Source: a virus
Lineage: Duplodnaviria > Caudoviricetes
Length of the DNA stretch: 29,043 nt
Direction: 5' to 3' (one strand)
Virus record (IMG/VR): IMGVR_UViG_3300045580_000155
Location: 1-29,043 of that record
The notes below the pieces were generated by a model, which worked only from the letters and a program-made list of their open reading frames with translations, had not been told where the DNA came from and did no database searches. Made by a program: the position numbers and the translations under genes. Shown one piece after another: positions 10,473 through 18,916 of this stretch (position 1 is the stretch's first letter; every line of letters starts with the position of its first letter).

Positions 10473-11857
10473 TGCCCATTGGAGCATTCAATCTAAATGG
10501 ATTAGGGCGGTATCAGGTGCCTGCTGTCACAGGAAGAACTGCCGTAACTATAACGGCTAATGGCAATGCACAATTAGATACAGCCCAAAGTAAATTCAAT
10601 GGATCAAGTGCTTTATTTGATGGCACTGGTGATTGGCTTGACATAGGTGATATTACCACCGTTCATCCAAATACCAATGATTTCACATTAGAATTTTGGG
10701 TAAGATTTAGTTCACTACCCGCTTCAGGAACTTTCAAAATGCTATGGGGCACTACTAATGCCAATCAATATTTTGGATTATGGAATAGTAGTGGAACATA
10801 TAGAATAGCCATAGCAGTTAGTGGCACAGATGGAAACTATTATGTTGATTGGTCTAATGGAACCACTAGTGCAAACACTTGGTATCATTATGCTTTTCAG
10901 AAAAGTTCTACTACAATATCAGTTTATAAAGATGGCACTGCTCTTACCAGTCCTACTACAACGGGCACAATGACCAGTCTAAAAGGAATTTCAGGAACTA
11001 CAACTTATATTGGTCGTTGGTCAAATGCTACCAGTTATCAACACAGCGGTTGGTTAGATGAAATTAGACTAAGCAAAAATGTAAGATATTCCAGCACATT
11101 TACACCTTCTACAACACCATTTGTCAATGACACAAATACAATAATATTAATACATTCGGATGGAAAAGATGCAGGCACTTCATTTTTCGATGACAATGGC
11201 GTTGATAGATCACGTCGTGATTTTATAGCCAATTTCAATGCTCAGATAAGCACGGCGCAAAGTGTGTTTGGTGGTGCCAGTGCTCTATTTGATGGTAGTG
11301 GCGATTATATCAGTAATTTGTTAATACCTGCATTTGGCACAAGTGATTTTACAGTTGAATGTCGCATAAGATTTTCAGCAGCCACTGCCACAGGAGTTAT
11401 TTTTGACGCAAGAGGAACCACGGGTAATAGCAGTGGTTTTTGCGTATATGTAAATTCAAGTGTAATTAGACTGTATCACACAGCCAGTGATAGAATAACC
11501 AGTTCAAGTATTAGTCTTAATACCTGGTATCATTTGGCCATTACTCGTTCAGGCAATGATCATAAGATGTGGCTTAATGGCACACAAACAGGAAGCACTT
11601 GGACTAATAGTGCCAGTTGGACTATAGGCAGTGCCACTTTGGGATTTTGGATAGGTGATAATCAACCATTTCCTAATGTAGGACAAGGATTTAATGGTTA
11701 TATGGATGAAATGCGTATTAGTAATACGGCAAGATACACAGGAACCTTTACTCCTAGTTCTACAGCATTTACCAATGATGCTAATACTGTTTGTCTGTTG
11801 CATATGAATGGTTCAAATGGCAGCACAGTGTTTAATGATGACAATGCGAGTTACTAA
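10472..11857 (+). CDS. Tandem LamG / concanavalin A-like lectin domain protein (receptor-binding candidate)
   Basis: Two repeats of SALFDG.GD...DFT.E...NTWYH.A...G.(L/M)DE.R.S...RY..TFTPS.T.F.ND.NT..L.H. Confidence 0.88.
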   Translation: MPIGAFNLNGLGRYQVPAVTGRTAVTITANGNAQLDTAQSKFNGSSALFDGTGDWLDIGDITTVHPNTNDFTLEFWVRFSSLPASGTFKMLWGTTNANQYFGLWNSSGTYRIAIAVSGTDGNYYVDWSNGTTSANTWYHYAFQKSSTTISVYKDGTALTSPTTTGTMTSLKGISGTTTYIGRWSNATSYQHSGWLDEIRLSKNVRYSSTFTPSTTPFVNDTNTIILIHSDGKDAGTSFFDDNGVDRSRRDFIANFNAQISTAQSVFGGASALFDGSGDYISNLLIPAFGTSDFTVECRIRFSAATATGVIFDARGTTGNSSGFCVYVNSSVIRLYHTASDRITSSSISLNTWYHLAITRSGNDHKMWLNGTQTGSTWTNSASWTIGSATLGFWIGDNQPFPNVGQGFNGYMDEMRISNTARYTGTFTPSSTAFTNDANTVCLLHMNGSNGSTVFNDDNASY

Positions 11858-14800
11858 TGGCTGACCAATACTATGTAGATTCAGGTTATGTGGATGATGG
11901 ATACTATGTCTATATTGCGGATGCTGTGTCAGCACAATCTGCTGAATTCAGTCAAACTGCCAGTGTAAATGTCGCTGTAAGTGCAAGTGCTGACTTTGGC
12001 GCATTATTCACACCTAGCATAACGGCTAATGTGTCAGTAAATGGAATTCCTGATTTCGACAGCGTATTTACGATCAGCGTTGATCCAGTAAAGAACACTG
12101 CTACCAGTATTACACTAGATAATATTGTTAATATCAGTCTCAGTGCTGCACCTATTAGATCCACTAGTATATCCGCGACAAGCGAATTTTCACAGTCAGT
12201 CTTATTACAAAGAATTAGATTCGCTGAAGCCAATCTCAACACAGAATTTACTTCCAGTGTTCAAGCAAACATAACAGCCCAAGCATCCGGCACATACGCC
12301 AGTCAATTCACACAAACAGCAGAAGTAGGAAGAGTTAGCACCTACTGGATAAACTTTTACTCAAATAATTATTATATCACTGACACTGTTCAACTCAGTG
12401 ATGACAGTATAATAGCAGTGGCTCAAAGCAGCAGTGGACGCAGCCAATTATTAAAATTATCTACTAGTGGAAATGTAATTTGGCACAAACAATATGAATT
12501 TGCCAGCGGATATCCCTCATTTGGACAGATTGTTAGACTAAGTGATAACAGTGTGGTAGTAGGTGGAGGTAATAGTTCAGGATCTAGTAGCCAACACTTG
12601 ATAAAAATTAATAGTTCAGGTGTGGTTCAATGGAATCTAACATTTGGCAGTGCATATCATTACATAAGTTCTGACAGCCTTGACAATATCTATTTGACTA
12701 AATCAGATGTTACAACAAGTTTAAGAAAAGTTAACACATCGGGCACAACACAGTGGCAAAAAAGAACTAATTTAGTTAATAGTGGACCAGCAGTCATAGA
12801 CTCATTAGGCAACCTATATATCACAGGCTCGACAGGCACAACTACTCAGACCAGTATGACAAGAAGACTAAGTGCCAGCACAGGTAATGAAACTGGCACA
12901 CTTAGTATAGTTGGAGGCACAGGTAGTGTAAGTAATGGCATTGATGTTAGAGTAGACTCAGATAATAATCTTTATATAATAACTTTATATCAGGCCACAA
13001 GTGGTGGCACAGAACAATACCATATATTAAAATATGACAGCGCATTAAATTATCAATGGAGTGTTAGGGAAGACAGTGATTTAACTTCTACTAAAATTGC
13101 TGGATTTGACAGCGAAGACAAGGGAATTTATCTAACCAATAGAAATGAATTAATTTTTAAATTAACCAGTCTAGGCACCACTGAATATGTTCGACAATTA
13201 ACACAGTCAACCTGGAATACATTTGATACCAGTTATCCCTATGCTGCCTTCTTGGATCTTAATAGAACAGGTTATCTTGTTCCTTTTACTCGCAGAATTA
13301 CCACAAGTGATTCTACAAGACTAGGAGGATTAGGATTTATTCCACTTAATGGTAGCGGAACTCCTGAATCGCCATTTAGTTACACGGATTATGCTTTTTT
13401 TAGTCCAAGTTCAGGTATAAGTTTAACAACGACTACGTCGAGTAATTCATTAACCGATGAAACTATAAATTCCAGCACAGGATCTACAATACAGGTTCAG
13501 GATCTTAGCACTACAGATATAAGTTATAGTTTCAGTCAGGCAGGTAATTATCAAAATGTATCAGCAGCATTGACTACATCAGTGTCAATCTCAGTGCAGA
13601 CAACTACTAATATTGGTATCACTGCTAATTTAACCAGTTCAGCATCGATTGCCGTATTAGGTGGATTCCTAAAAGGCATAGAATCCAATCTAAATTCTAC
13701 AGCCACATTGAGTTCAACAGGCTATAGAGTTCAAGAATCATCCTCGGCCTTGATGACTAATTTTAGCCAAACTGTTACTGGCTTTAGAACCCAAGAATTT
13801 ACCACTAATTTAATGACATCGTGTAGTCTGGCCTTATCCGGCTCTATAACGGCTCGATTCGCAATTCCACTGAATTCATCGGTGATTTTAGCAGAAGATA
13901 ATGTCAGGATACGCGATTTTAGTGTCAGTTTAGCAGCATTTGTAGCACAATTAACAGCAGCAGCAAAAGTTGGCGTTACATTAGTGGATCTTGCCAGTGA
14001 ATTCACTCAGACTGCACAGGCACAAATTACTGCCAATGTGAATACTAGTCTCGACTCTGAATTTAATCAGTCATTGAGCCCACTTGCGACAAGACTATTT
14101 GATGCCGCACTGTCAGTCACCGGTAGTCTAACAGTAGATGCAGATTTATTATCCAACATTCAGGCTAATTTAACCACTGACATCAATCTATCAGCAACGG
14201 CACAAAGACTACGCTCATCGGATGTCTCGTTAAACACCACTGGTAATTTAAGCCTAACTGGCACTAGAATACAAACTGCTAATGTGTCCGTATCTAGTTC
14301 AACCACACTGACACTGGCGGCTAGTAGTGTTCTCGTTGCCAGCATTAATCTTAATTCAGCATTTGCTCAGACAGCACAGTCAGCAAGAACTAGACAAACT
14401 GACATAGCACTGTCAGCGACTACAAGTCTTGCCATTGACTCGACAAGATATAGACTCTTTGAAATAAGTCAATTAAGTCTATTCACTCCTAGCATTACGG
14501 CAGTATTGAGTGCTGACAGAGGCAGTGATATGACAGTGAGTTCTTCCCTGTCTGCGGCAGCAGTTAAGACAGCAAGAACACTGGGTAATTTAAACAGCCA
14601 ATTCGATTTTATAGCAGACATTAGGGGAATAAGAGATACCGCGGCCAATCTTAATTCAACCGCTAACTTAACAGCCGTTAATCGAGTGATTCGAACAGCA
14701 GTCTGCAATTTGACCTTGACATCCACAGTGTCAGTGAGCACGGTAAAGAGTGTTCAGACTTCAAGTAGTCTTACAGCATTGGCTGCTATTCTTAGCACAG

Positions 14801-14937
14801 GTAGAGACTTACAATTGGATCTTTATCCAACATTTAGAATTAGACCTGAAACTAATACACATAGAATACGACAGGAAACAAGGCTACATAGAATTCGTGC
14901 AGAATCTAGAATAGCCACAGTAAGGAGTGACCAATGA
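11857..14937 (+). CDS. Large virion protein: ~20-aa repeat arrays flanking a beta-propeller
   Basis: N- and C-terminal repeats of type A.L.S..S.T....R; central blades (GNVIWHKQY, GVVQWNLTF, DSLDNIYL, DSLGNLYITG, DSDNNLYII). Confidence 0.75.
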   Translation: MADQYYVDSGYVDDGYYVYIADAVSAQSAEFSQTASVNVAVSASADFGALFTPSITANVSVNGIPDFDSVFTISVDPVKNTATSITLDNIVNISLSAAPIRSTSISATSEFSQSVLLQRIRFAEANLNTEFTSSVQANITAQASGTYASQFTQTAEVGRVSTYWINFYSNNYYITDTVQLSDDSIIAVAQSSSGRSQLLKLSTSGNVIWHKQYEFASGYPSFGQIVRLSDNSVVVGGGNSSGSSSQHLIKINSSGVVQWNLTFGSAYHYISSDSLDNIYLTKSDVTTSLRKVNTSGTTQWQKRTNLVNSGPAVIDSLGNLYITGSTGTTTQTSMTRRLSASTGNETGTLSIVGGTGSVSNGIDVRVDSDNNLYIITLYQATSGGTEQYHILKYDSALNYQWSVREDSDLTSTKIAGFDSEDKGIYLTNRNELIFKLTSLGTTEYVRQLTQSTWNTFDTSYPYAAFLDLNRTGYLVPFTRRITTSDSTRLGGLGFIPLNGSGTPESPFSYTDYAFFSPSSGISLTTTTSSNSLTDETINSSTGSTIQVQDLSTTDISYSFSQAGNYQNVSAALTTSVSISVQTTTNIGITANLTSSASIAVLGGFLKGIESNLNSTATLSSTGYRVQESSSALMTNFSQTVTGFRTQEFTTNLMTSCSLALSGSITARFAIPLNSSVILAEDNVRIRDFSVSLAAFVAQLTAAAKVGVTLVDLASEFTQTAQAQITANVNTSLDSEFNQSLSPLATRLFDAALSVTGSLTVDADLLSNIQANLTTDINLSATAQRLRSSDVSLNTTGNLSLTGTRIQTANVSVSSSTTLTLAASSVLVASINLNSAFAQTAQSARTRQTDIALSATTSLAIDSTRYRLFEISQLSLFTPSITAVLSADRGSDMTVSSSLSAAAVKTARTLGNLNSQFDFIADIRGIRDTAANLNSTANLTAVNRVIRTAVCNLTLTSTVSVSTVKSVQTSSSLTALAAILSTGRDLQLDLYPTFRIRPETNTHRIRQETRLHRIRAESRIATVRSDQ

Positions 14938-15257
14938 GCACAGGATTTTATCAAACACTACAAGGATTAACCATAGACAAAGACACTGAAGCAGTGTTAT
15001 TTTATAATTTTGAATGGGCAGACTGGCTTCCCACAGGTGATGCACTGAGCACAGTTGCATATAGCATAACTGCTCGTGCCAATGATCCAGATCCACTGGC
15101 AATTGAAAGCAGTGGCATATCAGGCACAAAGACTTATGTGGAATTAAGCAATGGGCAAACAGGCAAGACTTATACTGTAACTGCGGAAATTGAGACTAGC
15201 AATGGACTCGTTGACCGTCGTAATTTTCGTGTCAAAGTTCTAAATCGAAGTGCTTAA
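14934..15257 (+). CDS. Ig-like fibre-to-tail adaptor protein
   Basis: DKD.EAVL.Y.FEWADWL..GDAL...VELSNGQTGKTYTVT.EIETSNG..DRR.FRVKV, a family usually found with the 7658-type subunit. Confidence 0.65.
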   Translation: MSTGFYQTLQGLTIDKDTEAVLFYNFEWADWLPTGDALSTVAYSITARANDPDPLAIESSGISGTKTYVELSNGQTGKTYTVTAEIETSNGLVDRRNFRVKVLNRSA

Positions 15258-15268
15258 TATAATTTCTA

Positions 15269-15276
15269 TATAAGTA
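15269..15276 (+). promoter_or_regulatory. Variant T4-type late promoter TATAAGTA
   Basis: One mismatch to TATAAATA; GTG 15281 lies 4 nt downstream with no SD. Confidence 0.55.
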
Positions 15277-15280
15277 TTGG

Positions 15281-15637
15281 GTGGATCACAAGATATTTTT
15301 ACAGCGTCTAAAAGAACTGGCCCGGGTTGAATTTTATGTAGAACCTTCTACTAGAGACAAGAGTAGAGTTAAGAATCCAACCTGGCCAGTTCGTGTTCGA
15401 GAAATAATCTCTACACCACAGGTCTGTGAAGATTGTGGACTAGTCTGTGTTGAGAGACGAGTAGAAATTAAAAAATGTTTTCATCCCATAGTGCATTGGC
15501 GTAGAACCTGTAATACCTGTAAATTATCAATGGATCCAGAAACCAAAAAATTCACAGTTGATACAAAAACAAGTTATAATTTCTTCAAACTATACTACTC
15601 TAAAATAAAGACAAAAATATCTAAATCTAATAAATAA
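15281..15637 (+). CDS. Hypothetical zinc-ribbon protein
   Basis: CEDC and CNTC pairs; basic; probably leaderless. Confidence 0.7.
   Translation: MDHKIFLQRLKELARVEFYVEPSTRDKSRVKNPTWPVRVREIISTPQVCEDCGLVCVERRVEIKKCFHPIVHWRRTCNTCKLSMDPETKKFTVDTKTSYNFFKLYYSKIKTKISKSNK
15631..15636 (+). promoter_or_regulatory. T4-type late promoter core TAAATA driving candidate sRNA-1
   Basis: Overlaps the stop of the upstream ORF; first hairpin of the non-coding stretch starts 5 nt downstream (15642). Confidence 0.65.
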
Positions 15638-15641
15638 TAGT

Positions 15642-15768
15642 GTCAGGCAGAGTTCATTGCCATACTCTGTTTTCACTGACCTGGAAGATCCTATAGGTCT
15701 GTTCAACTCATAATCTTCCAGAAAAAAACACTTTGTTTTTCCCCGCTTCGCCGTGCGGGGTTTTTTTT
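15642..15768 (+). ncRNA. Candidate structured small RNA (sRNA-1, ~127 nt)
   Basis: Promoter; hairpin GTCAG/CTGAC enclosing GCAGAGT/ACTCTGT (loop TCATTGCCAT); hairpin CTGGAAGAT/ATCTTCCAG; AAAAACA/TGTTTTT; intrinsic terminator. No credible ORF. Confidence 0.65.
15741..15768 (+). terminator. Rho-independent terminator
   Basis: CCCCGC-TTCGCCGT-GCGGGG followed by T8. Confidence 0.9.
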
Positions 15769-15800
15769 GACTATAACAGCCCATTTTTTTGACTTTCTAA

Positions 15801-15806
15801 TAAATA
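15801..15806 (+). promoter_or_regulatory. T4-type late promoter core TAAATA in the loop of a hairpin reaching the SD
   Basis: CTTTCTAA(15793-15800)-TAAATA-TTGGAAAG(15807-15814), then GAGG and ATG 15823. Confidence 0.65.
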
Positions 15807-15822
15807 TTGGAAAGGAGGACAT

Positions 15823-16155
15823 ATGGACCAAAATTATGTTGTAATAAAACAAACTCGAATAAAAAGTCGTTATGGACATTTAATCACACAAATAGACCTA
15901 GTTGGCGTAAAAGATAGACTGTGTTATCGAACATACATTGACCCACATAATCGAAACTTTTCAAATTGGGCACATATACTGCATCACAGCAATCACGGAT
16001 TTTTATTGGGTAGACTAAGGCGTCGAAGAGCGGATATTATCAGTGCTGACAGTGATCCAGTTATTCGTTGGGAAAGCACAGACCCAGAAGAGATTTATGG
16101 TGAATTGCTGTCAGTTTGGCAGGAACAAGACAGCCAATCAGAATTGATCCTATGA
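15823..16155 (+). CDS. Hypothetical protein
   Basis: Strong SD AAGGAGG; 110 aa; no recognised motif. Confidence 0.75.
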   Translation: MDQNYVVIKQTRIKSRYGHLITQIDLVGVKDRLCYRTYIDPHNRNFSNWAHILHHSNHGFLLGRLRRRRADIISADSDPVIRWESTDPEEIYGELLSVWQEQDSQSELIL

Positions 16156-16166
16156 TTTTTTTGTAG

Positions 16167-16174
16167 TATAAATA
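16167..16174 (+). promoter_or_regulatory. Perfect T4 late promoter consensus TATAAATA
   Basis: Intergenic, heads the LuxR/polymerase gene cluster. Confidence 0.72.
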
Positions 16175-16205
16175 AAAGAGAACAGCAACCTTGAAGGAGA
16201 AAATT

Positions 16206-16223
16206 ATGAAAACCATTACTTAA
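16206..16223 (+). CDS. Leader minigene MKTIT
   Basis: AAGGAG-aaaatt-ATG AAA ACC ATT ACT TAA; near duplicate of the start region of the next gene. Confidence 0.4.
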   Translation: MKTIT

Positions 16224-16234
16224 AGGACAAAATT

Positions 16235-16429
16235 ATGACCATTCGCTTGACACCACGTGAAGCAGAGATTTACAAATTACTAACAGAAAGAGGAATCAGC
16301 AACAGACAAATAGCAGACACATTAAAAATATCAGAATCAAGTGTAAAACATCATTTAGGCAACATTTATCAAAAATTCGGCGTGATAAATCGTATGCAAT
16401 TAATAACATTTAAAGGAACAGACCAATGA
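16235..16429 (+). CDS. Stand-alone LuxR/GerE-type HTH transcriptional regulator
   Basis: LTPREAEIYKLL..GISNRQIADTLKISESSVKHHLGNIYQKFGV.NR.QL is the canonical LuxR C-terminal HTH. Confidence 0.92.
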   Translation: MTIRLTPREAEIYKLLTERGISNRQIADTLKISESSVKHHLGNIYQKFGVINRMQLITFKGTDQ

Positions 16430-16608
16430 TAATAATATCAAAGCGCCACGAACTACACAGTGTTAGCGTTCATAAAACACGACAGCAAGGACCGCATTAT
16501 GCTGCTCTTAGATGTGAGCAGTGTAATAAACATATCCAATGGTTAAATCAAGTAGATGCAGACCTAATCCAAAAATTATTAGATGAGGAGAAGAGCAATG
16601 AGAAATAA
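16426..16608 (+). CDS. Small zinc-ribbon-like hypothetical protein
   Basis: GPHYAALRCEQCNKHIQWL; ATGA coupling. Confidence 0.7.
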   Translation: MIIISKRHELHSVSVHKTRQQGPHYAALRCEQCNKHIQWLNQVDADLIQKLLDEEKSNEK

Positions 16609-16702
16609 TTTTCGTAGTGACACTATTAATAAGTTTCTCTGTGATAGTGACACTTTAATGCTAATTTCATTGTTCTTTCATCATAGGAGCAATCATAAAT
16701 GA
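16598..16702 (+). CDS. Possible 34-aa ORF (MRNNFRSDT...), not in the ORF track
   Basis: GAGGAG upstream; overlaps both neighbours (ATGA at 16699). May be a by-product of a cis element. Confidence 0.35.
   Translation: MRNNFRSDTINKFLCDSDTLMLISLFFHHRSNHK
16615..16659. repeat. Two palindromic direct repeats TAGTGACACT(A)TTAAT, 30 bp apart
   Basis: TAGTGACACT at 16615 and 16645, each followed by (A/-)TTAAT; core AGTG-A-CACT is self-complementary. Confidence 0.6.
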
Positions 16703-17097
16703 ATTATTCTCCAGTGCTTTGCGTTAATTCATTACTTAAGCAAGCCTATGAATTTTATCTTCGACCCGATAGGCTTGAACTGATAATATCTGATATGCAA
16801 CAGGTATCCGCTATTGATAGAAAAAAAAGTCAGATTATCTTAGAGAGATATGTAGAACTGCTTATTGACAGTATTAGAGATTTGAATTTAGGTAAGGATA
16901 ATTGGGAACTTGAATTCAATCAATTTTATATTCCTTTGAGCCGGATACGACATCGAGCCGGAAGATATGGACCTCAAGGTCAACAAAAATATTGGTCTGA
17001 CTGGTTTTTGGCCAATCATTCATTTATTCTGATTGATCGACTAGGATATCATTATAAAAATAGAGCCAGACCCACTGTGGCCAAGATTAAAGGATAA
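16699..17097 (+). CDS. Hypothetical protein, possible partner or N-terminal domain of the polymerase-like gene
   Basis: SD AGGAG; 132 aa; ends 7 nt before the polymerase-like ORF. Confidence 0.65.
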   Translation: MNYSPVLCVNSLLKQAYEFYLRPDRLELIISDMQQVSAIDRKKSQIILERYVELLIDSIRDLNLGKDNWELEFNQFYIPLSRIRHRAGRYGPQGQQKYWSDWFLANHSFILIDRLGYHYKNRARPTVAKIKG

Positions 17098-17104
17098 AAA
17101 CAAG

Positions 17105-18316
17105 ATGAAAAAGATACCTATTGATCGTAGAAGTTTATTGAATTATATAAATTGGGAATATGATTTATATCTTCAATACCAAAGAGCGAATAACACCAAT
17201 CAACGACAAGAAAGTCATTATAGACTAAGATATGCTCAAAACATATTAAGTCTTGCAGAAATTAACCAAGGATCGTTGCCAGTCACGGAATTTAAGAGTC
17301 AATTTGGCAGAACTTATCATCAGGGCATAAACTTACAAAGTTGTCCCAGTGTAGTTAGAATAGCAGCATTAGGACGTTGTTATTGTGCTGATGTAGATGC
17401 CAGTGCATTGACCTGGAAATACCAAATGGCTCGAAAAATTGATCCCCAACTTCGAGCACCTTATACTATAGATTATTTTGATTACAAAAATTATCATAGA
17501 CAGCAATTAAGTTATAGAGTTTTTGGAACCGACAAATATATCAGTTTGGTCAAACAAATATTCAGTGCTGTGGGATTTGGAGCCACTATAAATCGCAGTG
17601 GTTGGATAAACATAGGCACTAAAGAAAATCCCAGTTTTAGACCAAGCACTGCTTTGACAGACATTATAAGAGACAAACAAACCAGAAAGCGATTGCTAGA
17701 TGATCCTTGGTTCCAGAATTTTACACAAGAGCAAACAGTTATTTCCAATATCATTTACAATGAAGTTAAAAATTTGCCTGCTCTACGTAAAGATATGTTT
17801 CGAACGCCCAGTGGTAGAATTAGCCAAAATCGTGTCTTGGCCTTTTTATATCAGCAAAGCGAAACAGAATTTATGAAGCCCGTTATTGATTGGGCTCAAC
17901 AGTCAGAACTGTTATTGGTCTGTCACGATGCTGTCTACACTAGATATCGACCTGATATAGCCAGTTTGCAGTATCTATTAACACTGAATTTACCCAATAG
18001 TTCAATGAGTTTAGAAGCACATACCAGGTTCCAAAGTAAAGAAGATATACAAGAACTAGAAAGGCACAAAAATTTTATACAAGAGGAAGAATATCGTGCG
18101 GCCCGAGAGCATAATCGACCTATTCATCGACCTAAACCATTAAAATTTCCTTATGAACAGCGTAATGAAGAATATGATTCGGGCTATGATGATGGTCATA
18201 GTGCTTATCTAGAACCTAGATATAATGAATATAATGAAGACCTAGATCAATTTGTTCCTGAACCACTTCCTGATTATATCCTACAATTACTTGACACTGC
18301 TCAAAATCAGATATAA
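17105..18316 (+). CDS. Divergent family A DNA polymerase / T7-type RNA polymerase superfamily catalytic domain, no exonuclease
   Basis: Ordered motifs: FGRTYHQGINLQ, motif A CADVDAS, motif B VKQIFSAVGFGA, LYQQSE, motif C LLVCHDAVY; acidic C-terminal tail. Confidence 0.7.
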   Translation: MKKIPIDRRSLLNYINWEYDLYLQYQRANNTNQRQESHYRLRYAQNILSLAEINQGSLPVTEFKSQFGRTYHQGINLQSCPSVVRIAALGRCYCADVDASALTWKYQMARKIDPQLRAPYTIDYFDYKNYHRQQLSYRVFGTDKYISLVKQIFSAVGFGATINRSGWINIGTKENPSFRPSTALTDIIRDKQTRKRLLDDPWFQNFTQEQTVISNIIYNEVKNLPALRKDMFRTPSGRISQNRVLAFLYQQSETEFMKPVIDWAQQSELLLVCHDAVYTRYRPDIASLQYLLTLNLPNSSMSLEAHTRFQSKEDIQELERHKNFIQEEEYRAAREHNRPIHRPKPLKFPYEQRNEEYDSGYDDGHSAYLEPRYNEYNEDLDQFVPEPLPDYILQLLDTAQNQI

Positions 18317-18317
18317 T
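18291..18317 (+). promoter_or_regulatory. Possible sigma70 promoter
   Basis: TTGACA(18291-18296) and TATAAT(18312-18317) are perfect, but the spacer is only 15 nt. Confidence 0.35.
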
Positions 18318-18341
18318 ACTATAACTACAAGGATTACTATA

Positions 18342-18527
18342 ATGGAAAGAGTATTTTTAAGTGAATATGTCAGTGACACTAGAACAGCACACATCTATAT
18401 GATTTGGCTGACCAAGACCTATGTTGTAGAATGTTGGCAACAGGACAGTAAGGAAATTAGAGGACCCTTCAGCACGGAATTCATAGCAGAAAATATGGCC
18501 GAAGATTGGGTATTAGGTCGCATATGA
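18342..18527 (+). CDS. Small hypothetical protein
   Basis: Start refined to ATG 18342 (AAGGA SD). Terminal AENMAEDWVLG resembles, from memory, small proteins of large T4-like phages. Confidence 0.7.
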   Translation: MERVFLSEYVSDTRTAHIYMIWLTKTYVVECWQQDSKEIRGPFSTEFIAENMAEDWVLGRI

Positions 18528-18691
18528 AAATGTTTACCTTGATTATATTCACTGCCATAGTGTCAGCCTGCGCAGATACAGGCTGCACTATCACTGAAGA
18601 ACGTATAAGAAATATACAGACCAATCAACTACAGACCTGCTGGACAGAAACCTGCCCCAGTGACACAGTGAAAACTCGTTGGTGCAGATAA
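18524..18691 (+). CDS. Putative lipoprotein
   Basis: MKMFTLIIFTAIVSA-C signal peptide with lipobox; four further Cys. Confidence 0.6.
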   Translation: MKMFTLIIFTAIVSACADTGCTITEERIRNIQTNQLQTCWTETCPSDTVKTRWCR

Positions 18692-18864
18692 TGTTTTATC
18701 TAGTGCAGACAGAGGAATTGATGAAATACCGCATAGAGATCCGTGAAACTTGGATTCCTATTCATCTAATTCCCCAAGGACCATCAACTAGTGTGCTCAT
18801 ACCCCTAACAGATCCCCTAGTGACCTGGCTGAAAATCTTGAATACGGGTTCTGATTACAACTAA
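18691..18864 (+). CDS. Hypothetical protein
   Basis: TAATG coupling; 57 aa. Confidence 0.55.
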   Translation: MFYLVQTEELMKYRIEIRETWIPIHLIPQGPSTSVLIPLTDPLVTWLKILNTGSDYN

Positions 18865-18916
18865 AGTATTATTGATATCCCAAGTAAATCACATAGATAC
18901 AATAAGGAGTAACACT

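Noticed and set aside
8085-14937. Diversity-generating retroelement or invertible fibre cassette
   Set aside because: No reverse transcriptase or recombinase and no adenine-specific TR/VR pair seen. The LamG repeats look like an old, diverged domain duplication.
15642-15768. tRNA, CRISPR mini-array or riboswitch reading of the structured intergenic RNA
   Set aside because: No cloverleaf or T-loop, no identical repeats with spacers, and the downstream gene has its own promoter after the terminator.
18894-18899. TAGATA variants before SDs (18894, 24165) as late promoters
   Set aside because: Plausibly placed, but a core mismatch in AT-rich DNA gives too little support to call.
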